A stretch of 60,750 bases of DNA from Patescibacteria group bacterium UBA7435 (GCA_002477545.1 DLQJ01000021.1:1-60750); one strand, 5' to 3'; shown: positions 49,389 to 59,670, counted from the stretch's first letter. Notes: generated by a model from the letters alone, not told the origin. Translations and numbers: made by a program.

Positions 49389-50108
49389 ATGAATGCAAAG
49401 GACACAACTATAAACGACAACAACTTCAAGAAGCTTGTCCATAATGAGGAGTATTATCGCAATATATTCAAAAAGACAGAGAAAGTAATTTCGGTTGTCT
49501 TTTATATACTTAATAACATTGATACTGATAAAAAGTCAGAGACACACATCAGCAACCTTGCGGGTAAGAGTCATTTTGCGCATGAGAACGCATTACGTTC
49601 TTTGGAGGTTAAAATGTCTAATTCAAAAGAGGTACTTGAACAGTTTGCACAGGCACTTATTGCACTGGATAGTACGCTTCGTGTAGCTGCGGCTTCCGGG
49701 GTGATTGCACAGGATGTGCTGTATGTGGTTACTAACGAAATTGATACGCTTTTACGGAGTCTTAGTAAGTATATCGCACCTGATATGGGGATAGAATCGG
49801 CATTTATGATGTCGGCACCCTCCTCAGCATCAAGGGCTTCTGGGGTATCAAATCAGGCAAAGCAAACTCCTCAAAAGACGACACCAGGAAGTACCCACAA
49901 ACAAAATGTGCCAACAACTACAATGGATCGTCGGACACGGATTCAGACTATTTTAGAAGCAAAGGGAGAGGCGACAATTAAAGACATTTCTGAGATTATA
50001 ACGGACTGCAGTGAAAAGACATTGCAACGTGAGCTAAACGCCATGATTGAAGACTCTATAGTTCAAAGACAAGGAGAACGACGTTGGTCTAAATATTCTA
50101 TTGCTTAG
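49389..50108 (+). CDS. Protein with C-terminal winged-HTH (DeoR-like) domain
   Basis: RR..I..IL..KGE.TIKDI......SEKTLQREL........GERRWSKY. Confidence 0.8.
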   Translation: MNAKDTTINDNNFKKLVHNEEYYRNIFKKTEKVISVVFYILNNIDTDKKSETHISNLAGKSHFAHENALRSLEVKMSNSKEVLEQFAQALIALDSTLRVAAASGVIAQDVLYVVTNEIDTLLRSLSKYIAPDMGIESAFMMSAPSSASRASGVSNQAKQTPQKTTPGSTHKQNVPTTTMDRRTRIQTILEAKGEATIKDISEIITDCSEKTLQRELNAMIEDSIVQRQGERRWSKYSIA

Positions 50109-50811
50109 AGCCATAGAATATTTAGTCAGTCTTATAAAACTATTGTCCCTTATCTTGATTCATAAGACATACAGAAGGACACTGTGATGACAAGATGTTA
50201 ATCACCGTAACGACATTATATACATCGAACTAGGGAAGAGTTGCTAGTATGATAAATATATTGTCTGGTGTGAAGTTTGATGTAAGAAATAGGTATATGA
50301 GTCGTCATATACCGTAATCACACAGAGGTTTAGATACGAAGAAAAGCATTGACTTTAGGGTTAATACAACGTATTCTCTTGTGCAATTCATTGATATACG
50401 TGAGTGTGCTATCCACAAAGCAAACGGCAGTGGAAGTACAGCAACTGTATACTAATGAAGTGTCACCTCGGCACGCTTTTTTACTAAGGCGTACAGGTGA
50501 GGTATTTTGTTCATTGACATCCTTTCTTGTCGAAACCAAGAAAGCATATATATAAATGTCACGCGCTTAGCACAGCGCGGTATAAATGCGTGTACTGACC
50601 GCCTCACTTCTTCTGTTACGGATGCTACAAGAATAGAAACACAGACTTCATTTACAGCTAGCCTACTTATATACGTATGAGTAGGATAGTGATATGAGCA
50701 AACGCTTCATTATTAAGAAGTGTTTGTGAATATGAATTAATTCATATTATAAGTATAGTCCCGCTAACGGGAATAACGTCAGCTTAATATACTGACAATT
50801 AACAAGAAATT

Positions 50812-52758
50812 ATGACTACAATTGCAAATACATTTGCTTCAAAGCTAGCAGTAGCTTTCGTTGCAATCGCAATGATGTTCTCACTAGTTGCACCTGCACA
50901 GGCGCAAACAGCTGAAGAACTACAAGCACAGATTGATACGCTTATGGCGACAATCACAGCCCTACAAGCACAACTTGGAGGGACAACAGCACCTGCTGTA
51001 TCAGCAGATGCGTACGTATTTACACGATCTCTTTCTGATGGTTCAGAAGGTGCTGACGTAACTGCGCTACAGACTTACCTTATTGGAGCTGGATTCTCAA
51101 TCCCAGCTGGAGCTACTGGGTACTACGGTTCTCAGACAACAGCTGCAGTTGCTGCATGGCAGGCTGCAAACGGTGTTGCACCAGCAGTTGGGTTCTTCGG
51201 ACCTATCTCACAGGCTAAGTACAACATGCTAATGGCTGCAATGGACGATTCAATGGATGATTCAGATGACTCTGATGATTCAACTGATGACTCTGATGAT
51301 TCAGATGACAACTCTTCACTTGGAAACAATGAAGGTTCAATCGAAGATGTTGACGAAGTGTCAGCTGACGAATCAGTTCTTGACGAAGGTCAGGAAGGTG
51401 GAGTTCTAGCATTCACTGTTGAAATCGACGGTGATGTAGAAATCAACCGAATGGACGTGTTTGCAGAGGTTGTTGATTCAACAACAGCTTCAGACGACGC
51501 TGATGATTACTTCACAGAGGCTTCTCTATGGGTAGACGGTGACAAGGTTGCTACTATCGATGTAGATGACTTTGACAACGATGACTACACAGGAAACGTA
51601 ACTAACGGTGCTACAACAGATGATGAGTACCGACTACGATTCTCAGGTCTTGATCTAGTATTCTCTGATGGTGATGAGCCAGAATTCCAAGTTGCTTTCG
51701 AAGTACTTGGTTCACTTGACTCACTTGATCTAGCAGGTGACTGGACTGTTGCTCTAGAATCAATCCGTTACATTGACGGAGAGGGATTCACTGATTCTGA
51801 TACTACAGTAGTAGAGGAAACATTCGGCTTTGACGCTGAAGAAACAGCAGAACTTGACATCACTAAGTCTTCAGACTCACCAGATGCAACAACTGTTGAA
51901 GTTGACACTGATGATGAATCAGAAGAAATTGAAATCTTCATCTTCGAAATTGAAGAAGAAAATGGTGTTGATCTAACTATCGAAGATATCGATATGACTG
52001 CTTCAACAACAAACATTGATGTAACTACAACTATCGACGAAGTTCTACTTTATGTTGATGGTGAAGAAGTTGGTTCAGAATCTCCAAATAGCGTAGGTGT
52101 TCTTTCATTCGAAAACCTAGGTATTGAAGTAGATGCTGACGATACTATCGATGTTACAGCTAAGGTTGTATTTAAGGGAACTGATGACTTCGCAGAAGGA
52201 GACTCAGTATTCCTAACATTCAACGCTGTTTCTGACGCAGAAGATGCAAACGGAAACGACGAAGGTGACATCTCAGGTTCAAACCCAACTGACTTTAGTT
52301 CAGATACGTTCTCACTACGGTCAGAAGGTATTGGTCTTGTACTGTCATCTATGGATGAAGACGAAACAGAAGCTGCTTTCTCAGGTGATACGGACACAGG
52401 TACGTTCACATTCGAGATTGATGTAACAGCATTCGGTGAAGACTTCTACATGGACGAAGATTCAGCTAACGTTGACTTCGATCTACTCGTAGACGGTGTA
52501 GCTGTTGCTGCCGCATCATCAACTGCAACACTTGATATCTCAGGTGCAGATGATGGAGCCGTTGCTGACTTCAAGATCTCAAAGGGTGACGATGTAACAC
52601 TTACATTGACTGTTGAGACAGATAGTACAGTTTCAGGTTCAGCTAAGGTTCGTGTTAATTCTGTAGCATACTCTGCTGCTGATGACGCAACTGAAGAGCT
52701 TACAGAAGCTGCAACTCCTGCAAACGACTGGACTACAGATTCACTTATCCTTAACTAA
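50812..52758 (+). CDS. Secreted acidic S-layer-like protein with a peptidoglycan-binding domain
   Basis: Signal peptide (AQA), coiled coil, FTRSL..GS.G.DV.ALQ..L...TGYYG..T.AAV..WQ; very Asp/Glu-rich; strong codon bias. Confidence 0.82.
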   Translation: MTTIANTFASKLAVAFVAIAMMFSLVAPAQAQTAEELQAQIDTLMATITALQAQLGGTTAPAVSADAYVFTRSLSDGSEGADVTALQTYLIGAGFSIPAGATGYYGSQTTAAVAAWQAANGVAPAVGFFGPISQAKYNMLMAAMDDSMDDSDDSDDSTDDSDDSDDNSSLGNNEGSIEDVDEVSADESVLDEGQEGGVLAFTVEIDGDVEINRMDVFAEVVDSTTASDDADDYFTEASLWVDGDKVATIDVDDFDNDDYTGNVTNGATTDDEYRLRFSGLDLVFSDGDEPEFQVAFEVLGSLDSLDLAGDWTVALESIRYIDGEGFTDSDTTVVEETFGFDAEETAELDITKSSDSPDATTVEVDTDDESEEIEIFIFEIEEENGVDLTIEDIDMTASTTNIDVTTTIDEVLLYVDGEEVGSESPNSVGVLSFENLGIEVDADDTIDVTAKVVFKGTDDFAEGDSVFLTFNAVSDAEDANGNDEGDISGSNPTDFSSDTFSLRSEGIGLVLSSMDEDETEAAFSGDTDTGTFTFEIDVTAFGEDFYMDEDSANVDFDLLVDGVAVAAASSTATLDISGADDGAVADFKISKGDDVTLTLTVETDSTVSGSAKVRVNSVAYSAADDATEELTEAATPANDWTTDSLILN

Positions 52759-52804
52759 TTCTAGTTAAACGGTAATTGATTCTTGAAACAGTAGTTTCTG
52801 GAAA

Positions 52805-52832
52805 CAAAAAAGCCCCCTAGGGGGCTTTTTTG
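52805..52832. terminator. Intrinsic terminator
   Basis: caaaaaagcccc-cta-ggggcttttttg. Confidence 0.75.
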
Positions 52833-53026
52833 TGTGTAGGAACAATTATGCCCGTGCATTTCATGCACGGGCTTTATTGTTTGCTATACTAGACACATTA
52901 CAGGGTATGAATTTGTTTAACAAAAGTTTTTATAGGTTTTTATTCCGTTTCATAGGAATTATCACGGTAACCTTAGTTTTGATTCTTTTGGTAAACATGT
53001 ACGGACAGTAGGGTAGTTCTTTAGTT

Positions 53027-53491
53027 ATGATACGTATTACAGATCAATATTTTTGGAATTTTGTTTTTGGACTCTTTTTTATTGCACTTGTCTCTATGGG
53101 TGTAATCATTCTCGATTCTGAGGCACATTTGGCATACACTAATTTGGACTTTTTTGATATCGCGGTTATCTCACTTGCTTCTTTTCGGCTTGTTCGTTTG
53201 TTTGTATTTGATACGATGACCAAATTTTTCCGTGAGCAATTTTATGATGCAAAGGTAACTAAGGCGGGGAAGGTGACCCTCTACAAGCCTGCACGAGGTC
53301 CACGACGGACTATGGCTGACCTGATGGGGTGTTCATGGTGTTTTGGATTGTGGGCCTCAGCATTGGTGATATTCTTTTATCTCCTTACGCCAATGGCATA
53401 TTTCCCGATACTGATTCTTGCAATTTCGGCACTGGCAAACCTTGGGCAGGATCTCTCGCAAATAGCATCCGGAAAAGCAGATCAGACATAA
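53027..53491 (+). CDS. DUF1360-family membrane protein
   Basis: LA.FRL.RL...D, L..C.WC.G.W. Confidence 0.75.
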   Translation: MIRITDQYFWNFVFGLFFIALVSMGVIILDSEAHLAYTNLDFFDIAVISLASFRLVRLFVFDTMTKFFREQFYDAKVTKAGKVTLYKPARGPRRTMADLMGCSWCFGLWASALVIFFYLLTPMAYFPILILAISALANLGQDLSQIASGKADQT

Positions 53492-53574
53492 TTTTTTAAA
53501 AGCATGGGAAACCATGTTTTTTGGCACTATCAAGACATGAAATAGATTATGGTACAGTGCGTAGATATATCTAT

Positions 53575-54945
53575 ATGGAAAAGCAATCTGAATACGATTT
53601 AGTTATTGTAGGAGCGGGAGTTTCAGGTGCTGCGCAGTTATATGCTGCAGTAAAGTACTCAAACATAAAACGTATTTTGTTAGTGGAGAAGGAGTCAGGT
53701 GCTGGCCTAATAAATTCTTCAGCAACACAAAATTCTCAAACGTTGCACGAAGGGGATATCGAAACAAACTATAACTTAGAGAAGGCAACAGCGGTAAAAC
53801 ATAAGTCTGGATTTACTCGTCAGTATCTTCAGCGCATGAAATCACATCTTTTAGGTGACCTATATCTTCCAGGTCCTAAAATGGTTCTTGCTGTAGGAGA
53901 GGAAGAGATTGATTTCTTGGAAGAAAGACATACGCAGTTCAGGGCGCTTTTTCCAGGTTTGCAAAAGCTTGATGGCTCAGAGCTTTCACACATTGAACCA
54001 AAGCTCTCAGAAGGACGTTCTGAGATAGAAAAAATTATTGCGCTGTACAACAAGGATGGCATTACAGTTAACTTCGGCAGATTGGCTTCAGAGCTTATTG
54101 CTGATGCTCTTGAGTATAGCGCACGACAACCAGAACGCGTTGTTGCGGTGCAATATGATACGTCAGTAGATGAGATTGTAAAAACAGATTCGGGATGGAG
54201 TGTAGGTCTGGGAACTGAAGTTATTACAACGTCATATCTTTCAATCTGTGCTGGTTCGCACAGTATGTACTTTGCAAAGAAAATTGGTTTAAAGGCTGTT
54301 TCTAAAACATCACTTCTGTTAGTTGCCGGCAATTTTTACTACACACCAAAATATCTTAATACGAAAGTGTATACGGTTCAGAATCCAAAGCTGCCGTTTT
54401 CTGCAGTACATGGGGATCCAGATATCCTGAATCCAGAAACTAAAACACGATATGGTCCTACTACCCGGATTGTGGTGACGTTAGAAAGAGGACGCATGAA
54501 GACATTTCTAGAATACCTTACAACCATTTCACCCTTCTTTGGTTCTTTAGGTGCGTATCTGCGTATTATGTTGGATCGTGAATTTTTCTTTTACGCTTTT
54601 AAACACAATGTGTTATTCCTGATTCCTGGTTGGGGGAACTATCTTTTTGTAAAAGAAATACGAAAGATTATCCCAAGTCTTGCGTATAAAGACTTAGAGC
54701 GTGCACGTGGGCAGGGAGGAGTCCGTCCTCAAATTGTACGCACTACAGAAACTAACCCGCTTAACTTGGGTGAGGCGAAACTTGCAGGCGAACATATTTC
54801 ATTTAATGTAACTCCTTCTCCAGGGGCAACGACGTGCGTCTACAATGGTTTGATTGATGTGCAGCGCATTACAAAAGATATTGGGTATTCTTTTGACACT
54901 AATGCTGTTGCTCTAGATTTCGGCCAGGTACTGGATGTACTATAG
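53575..54945 (+). CDS. FAD-dependent oxidoreductase, malate:quinone oxidoreductase / L-2-hydroxyglutarate oxidase-like
   Basis: GAGVSG FAD motif, NSQTLHEGDIETNY, KVYTVQNPKLPF.AVHGD, GGVRPQ, TPSPGATT. Confidence 0.8.
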   Translation: MEKQSEYDLVIVGAGVSGAAQLYAAVKYSNIKRILLVEKESGAGLINSSATQNSQTLHEGDIETNYNLEKATAVKHKSGFTRQYLQRMKSHLLGDLYLPGPKMVLAVGEEEIDFLEERHTQFRALFPGLQKLDGSELSHIEPKLSEGRSEIEKIIALYNKDGITVNFGRLASELIADALEYSARQPERVVAVQYDTSVDEIVKTDSGWSVGLGTEVITTSYLSICAGSHSMYFAKKIGLKAVSKTSLLLVAGNFYYTPKYLNTKVYTVQNPKLPFSAVHGDPDILNPETKTRYGPTTRIVVTLERGRMKTFLEYLTTISPFFGSLGAYLRIMLDREFFFYAFKHNVLFLIPGWGNYLFVKEIRKIIPSLAYKDLERARGQGGVRPQIVRTTETNPLNLGEAKLAGEHISFNVTPSPGATTCVYNGLIDVQRITKDIGYSFDTNAVALDFGQVLDVL

Positions 54946-55017
54946 AAATATTGGATGTAGCAACCTGCATATAACGCAGTTTTCTGTGCATTATCATTAA
55001 TGAGTAACATATAGATT

Positions 55018-55473
55018 ATGAACGTACTACATAAAGCGAAGTATTTTATTGAAGATACAAACCCAACACAAAAGGAAGTTTCAATGGCACTCTTGTTTGC
55101 GCGTATCGCACTTGGGGTGTTTTTTATTACACACGGATTTAGTAAGCTTTCTGGTATTGAAGGTTTTACGGGTATGCTTGATGGCCTTGGGTGGCCAATG
55201 GCGGCACTCTTTGCTTGGTTAGTGACTATCGCTGAATTCTTTGGAGGTATTGCGATCCTTCTAGGTGTCTTTACTCGATTTTCAGCATTTTGGTTGGCAG
55301 TAATTACTATCTATGCATGGATTGGGGTAAAGGGTCTTGCACTTGGTATGGGCGACGGAGGTGGGGATGTTGATCTTCTCGCTCTTGGTCTCACACTCGC
55401 ATTGTTCTATGCAGGCCCAGGAGCACTCTCAGTTTCAGCACATATGAAGAAGGGAGATACCCAAGAAAAGTAG
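55018..55473 (+). CDS. DoxX-family membrane protein
   Basis: RI.LG..F..HG.SK, E..GG..ILLG..TR, GPG.LS. Confidence 0.88.
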   Translation: MNVLHKAKYFIEDTNPTQKEVSMALLFARIALGVFFITHGFSKLSGIEGFTGMLDGLGWPMAALFAWLVTIAEFFGGIAILLGVFTRFSAFWLAVITIYAWIGVKGLALGMGDGGGDVDLLALGLTLALFYAGPGALSVSAHMKKGDTQEK

Positions 55474-55602
55474 TAACATTGTCGGAAGATTTGTGCACCA
55501 AAAAGTCGCTTCATTGGAAGCGATTTTTTTGGTGCACAAGTGAGCTACAAATTGTCCATGGATGCTACCATTGAGGTATAGAAGTCTAATTCATATCTTG
55601 AT

Positions 55603-56949
55603 ATGACAAAAAATAATCTCATTAAAATTTTAGTGGGTGTTGTAGTAGTGCTTGTGCTGGCAATTATTATAATGCTCATATCTATTGGCTCGGGGAGTCT
55701 CTCTGAATTATTCATGCTCATTCGGTATGTGCTACTGCAACAAATTGGTGTTGTGCTGGTGCTTGCCGCAGGTGGGTTCTACATTATTCGTGTGGTATGG
55801 CGCCTGCATTCAAAGCCACTGGCTATCGCGCTGGCTGTATTGGTCTTGGGTGGAGGGTTGTTTGTGTGGGGGAATGAAACACACTCACCACACTTCGCGA
55901 TGCCTGCGTTTATGCACACGTACCATCCGGGCGACCATCGCCCTGATTTACCACTATCAAATATCATGAAGTTTTTTGCTGCATATGATAATTTTGAGAA
56001 AGTGGAAGATATTGGTCGTGATCCTAATGATGTTCCACCACCACTTAACAGAGACTGGAGTGAGACGGTAGAAGTGTATCTTGAGACAAAAGAGGTTATT
56101 GCCGAAGTTGCACCTGAAGTGTTTTTTAACTATTGGACGTATAACGCACAAGTGCCGGGTCCCATGTTGCGAGTGCGTGAAGGTGACACAGTTAATGTAA
56201 CTATTAAAAATCACGAGTCGAGTCTCCATAGTCACAATGTCGACCTGCATGCGGTAACTGGTCCCGGTGGAGGGGCAACGTTGTCTCGAGTGGCACCGGG
56301 TGAAACTAAGGGGTTTAGTTGGAAGGCATTGAATCCTGGTTTGTACATTTATCACTGTGCAACGGCAAACGTAAGCACACACAACTCACATGGACAGTAC
56401 GGTTTGATTCTTGTGGAGCCAGAAGAAGGATTACCTGAAGTTGATAAAGAGTTCTATATTGTGCAGGGTGAGCTATACACAAAAGGAAAGACTGGTAAAA
56501 AAGGATTGACCGTATTTGATTCTGAGGCACTACTTGATGGTATTCCTGACTACGTGACATTCAATGGACGTATTGAAACAAATGGAGAACCCCGAATGAA
56601 AGCGTCTGTTGGAGACAAGATTCGTATCTATGTTGGTAACGGTGGAGTTAACCTTATTTCCTCATTCCATCCGATAGGTGAAATATTTGACCTTGTGTAT
56701 GACGAGGGAGGAATCGGTTCTGAACCATTGCAGAATATCCAGACCACAGCGGTGCTTCCCGGCGGAGCCTCAATTGTTGAATTCACGGCAGATGTGCCAG
56801 GAAGCATTATTCTTGTTGACCACGCTTTGGCTCGCATGAACAAAGGAGCATGGGCAATTATTGAAATTGAGGGGGAAGCACAGCCTGATATTTATGCACC
56901 GATTGATATGGGAGACGGTGTAGAACACACAGAGTATGGCGGGCACTAA
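55603..56949 (+). CDS. nirK: Copper-containing nitrite reductase with an N-terminal membrane anchor
   Basis: PGP.LRV..GD, HNVDLHAVTG, YHC...H...G(Q)YG, SSFHPIGEIFD, LVDH. Confidence 0.88.
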   Translation: MTKNNLIKILVGVVVVLVLAIIIMLISIGSGSLSELFMLIRYVLLQQIGVVLVLAAGGFYIIRVVWRLHSKPLAIALAVLVLGGGLFVWGNETHSPHFAMPAFMHTYHPGDHRPDLPLSNIMKFFAAYDNFEKVEDIGRDPNDVPPPLNRDWSETVEVYLETKEVIAEVAPEVFFNYWTYNAQVPGPMLRVREGDTVNVTIKNHESSLHSHNVDLHAVTGPGGGATLSRVAPGETKGFSWKALNPGLYIYHCATANVSTHNSHGQYGLILVEPEEGLPEVDKEFYIVQGELYTKGKTGKKGLTVFDSEALLDGIPDYVTFNGRIETNGEPRMKASVGDKIRIYVGNGGVNLISSFHPIGEIFDLVYDEGGIGSEPLQNIQTTAVLPGGASIVEFTADVPGSIILVDHALARMNKGAWAIIEIEGEAQPDIYAPIDMGDGVEHTEYGGH

Positions 56950-56961
56950 ACGGTAGGCAAT

Positions 56962-58608
56962 ATGGATTACAAAAAAGAATTACAAAACATACTTGTTGGA
57001 GAAGTTTCTACTGATCCACAAGTGCTTGAAATAAATAGTGAAGACACAAGTATTTTTCACGTTACCCCTGCGTGCGTGACGTACCCGAAAGATACGAATG
57101 ATGTGCAGAGGCTTGTGCGGTATGCAAGCGAACATCCTGAGATTACGTTAACTGCGCGTGCTGCAGGAACTGATATGTCTGGCGGTCCGCTGACGTCATC
57201 GGTGGTGGTGAGTATGACTGAGCACTTTAATAAGGTGTTGGCGGTCACCGAACAATATGCGGTGACGCAACCTGGAGTGTTCTACCGTGACTTTGATCGA
57301 GAGACTTTGAAGAAGGGGGTTATTTTGCCGAGTTATACGGCGTCGCGCGAGCTTAATACAGTAGGTGGCATGGTAGCGAATAACTCTGCGGGAGAGAAAT
57401 CATTGACCTACGGCAAGACAGAAAAATGGGTGCGTGCATTAAAGGTAGTTTTAAGTGATGGCAATGAATATGAATTTCGTAAGATCTCGCGAGCTGAATT
57501 GGAACACAAGAAACTTCAAAATGATTTTGAAGGGAAACTTTATTCACGCATTGAAAAATTGATTCTTGATAATAAGAAGTATATTGAAGAAGATCGTCCA
57601 ACGGTATCAAAAAATTCTGCAGGATACAGTATTTGGAATGTGTGGGATCAAGAGACTGATACGTTTGATCTGACACAGTTGCTCGTTGGGTCGCAAGGCA
57701 CCCTTGGACTCATCACTGAAATTACGTTTGATCTGATAAAACCAAAACAGCATTCACGAATGATGGTGATGTTTTTGCGCAAGCGACACATGCGGGAGTT
57801 GGGAGATATGGTTAATACCGTGCTTACACAGAACCCAGAGAGCTTTGAATCATACGATGATAAGACGTTTGGTATTATGTTGCGCATTTTTCCGAAACTC
57901 TTAAAGAAATTAGGAGGTAATCCGTTTAAGATTCTATGGGATTTTTTACCTGAGGCAAAGATGATTCTTACTGGAGGTATTCCAAAATTGGTATTAATGG
58001 CTGAATTTGTGGGTGATAGTGATGCGCAGGTTGAAAAGGCGGCACTCAAAGCGCAAAAAGAAGTACTCAAAAAATATAAAGTATCTACACACGTTACACA
58101 TACTCAGAAAGAAGGAGAGAAATTTTGGACGATCCGCCGGGAGAGCTTTAAGTTGTTGCGAGAGAACGTACACGGAAAGCACACGGCACCGTTTATTGAT
58201 GATATTTCTGTGCGACCTGAACGTTTGCCCGAGTTCCTGCCGAAGCTCTATGCAATCATGGCGGAGTACAACCTCGTGTTTACTATCGCGGGACATATTG
58301 GGGATGGAAATTTTCATATTATTCCTTTGATGGACTACAAACGACCCGACTTTAAGAAAATCATTCAGGAGCTTTCAGAGCGGGTGTATGCCCTAGTGGG
58401 AGAGTATGACGGCTCAATTACGGGAGAGCATAATGATGGACTGATCCGCACCCCGTATCTTGATCGAATGTTCTCAGAGCAAATGATTGATATTTTTGCT
58501 AATATCAAAGACGTTTTTGATCCAAAGAATATTTTCAATCCACATAAGAAAGTGGATGGGGATATGAATTTGTTGTTACATTCGATTAAAAAAGAGGTAA
58601 AGGAGTAA
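56962..58608 (+). CDS. FAD-linked oxidase (D-lactate dehydrogenase/GlcD-like)
   Basis: R.AGT..SG, TVGGM.ANN, GSQGTLG, GHIGDGN.H, TGEH.DG, FDP..IFNP. Confidence 0.88.
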   Translation: MDYKKELQNILVGEVSTDPQVLEINSEDTSIFHVTPACVTYPKDTNDVQRLVRYASEHPEITLTARAAGTDMSGGPLTSSVVVSMTEHFNKVLAVTEQYAVTQPGVFYRDFDRETLKKGVILPSYTASRELNTVGGMVANNSAGEKSLTYGKTEKWVRALKVVLSDGNEYEFRKISRAELEHKKLQNDFEGKLYSRIEKLILDNKKYIEEDRPTVSKNSAGYSIWNVWDQETDTFDLTQLLVGSQGTLGLITEITFDLIKPKQHSRMMVMFLRKRHMRELGDMVNTVLTQNPESFESYDDKTFGIMLRIFPKLLKKLGGNPFKILWDFLPEAKMILTGGIPKLVLMAEFVGDSDAQVEKAALKAQKEVLKKYKVSTHVTHTQKEGEKFWTIRRESFKLLRENVHGKHTAPFIDDISVRPERLPEFLPKLYAIMAEYNLVFTIAGHIGDGNFHIIPLMDYKRPDFKKIIQELSERVYALVGEYDGSITGEHNDGLIRTPYLDRMFSEQMIDIFANIKDVFDPKNIFNPHKKVDGDMNLLLHSIKKEVKE

Positions 58609-58738
58609 GTATGAAATTGCTGAAGCACTTTAAAATAAGTAATGATTAATTTTGGTACCATGGTTATTGTGTTTTTGATATCCATAGGTAGAATACCCAC
58701 AGACTGATTTTTATATCTTGTAGAAAAGGAATACCCTC

Positions 58739-59311
58739 ATGAAAAAAGATGTGTACCTAACGGTACCAAATATCTTAACTGCTATTCGATTAGGTATTGC
58801 AGTATATATTTTTTATACTGTATTTGTTTGGAAGGAAGACGACTTAAAATTATGGCAGCTGACTATTGCAGTTGTTGCCACTATTGCATTTGCAACTGAC
58901 TTTCTTGATGGTTTGATCGCAAAAACTTGGGAAAGCCAACGATCACGTATCGGGGCCACTTGGGATCCTATTGCCGACAAGATGGCAGTAATAGCATTTG
59001 TTGCGTATGTATATGCGGCAGGTGTATTTGATCCGTATATTGAAATTTGTCTCTTATTTGTTGGACTGATTGTATTACGTGAAATTTCGATTAGCTTACT
59101 TCGTTGGTATGTGGGCCATGATCGAATTCCTGTGGTTGAAGGAGGTAGGATCAAGACTGCTGTGCAGATGGCTGCACTACTGTTGTTTGGATTTCTCCCG
59201 ATATTACCAGCATGGGGAATATATGTTGCTGTGGCAGTTTTGGGTTACGCAACATACCTTACGGTAAAATCGGGATGGGGGTACTTCCGACCGTTTGTAC
59301 TGGACACATGA
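58739..59311 (+). CDS. pgsA: CDP-alcohol phosphatidyltransferase (PgsA-like)
   Basis: PNILT..R, TDFLDGLIA...S..GA..DP.ADK, REI, G.IKT..Q. Confidence 0.8.
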   Translation: MKKDVYLTVPNILTAIRLGIAVYIFYTVFVWKEDDLKLWQLTIAVVATIAFATDFLDGLIAKTWESQRSRIGATWDPIADKMAVIAFVAYVYAAGVFDPYIEICLLFVGLIVLREISISLLRWYVGHDRIPVVEGGRIKTAVQMAALLLFGFLPILPAWGIYVAVAVLGYATYLTVKSGWGYFRPFVLDT

Positions 59312-59354
59312 GATGAAAAAGGGCTTGCTACTGCAAGCCCTTTTTTGAATGAAT

Positions 59355-59480
59355 AAAGGAGTGCAACGACTATTATAAATTTGCCCTAATTTTTAAGGAG
59401 ACTTCAGTTGACTATAAAAAATGGAAATACCCTTGGAGTCCTGTCTCAATTCCGCCCTTTCCAAGACGAAATTGTTGGAC
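59355..59480 (+). repeat. Palindromic element family A, copy A6 (long variant like A3)
   Basis: aaggagtgcaacgactatt...aatttt...aaaaatggaaa.acc...caattc..gaaattgttggac. Confidence 0.75.
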
Positions 59481-59523
59481 CTAACGTCTTGCAGTTCATA
59501 TATATTCTGCTATAGTAGCGGGC

Positions 59524-59670
59524 AACAGGCTCATGACAGCTGGTTGTGTATCGGAAAGGGTACACAGTAATGAAACGTTTGTTTCACCGGTCGAGGTCCA
59601 TCTCAAAACTTTTGTTTTCGATATTGGAGTGGTCGTAGCCTAGCGGAATTTGTTTTCCCTGGGCCTGTTT
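59524..59670 (+). promoter_or_regulatory. Ribosomal protein L10 leader-like RNA
   Basis: Closing stem aacaggc/gcctgtt; GACAGCTGG...CCGGTCGAGG resembles the L10-leader kink-turn consensus; lies 5' of rplJ. Confidence 0.6.

Noticed and set aside
51241-51310. gatgattca/gatgactct tandem repeats
   Set aside because: They encode an ordinary Asp/Ser low-complexity linker of the S-layer-like protein.
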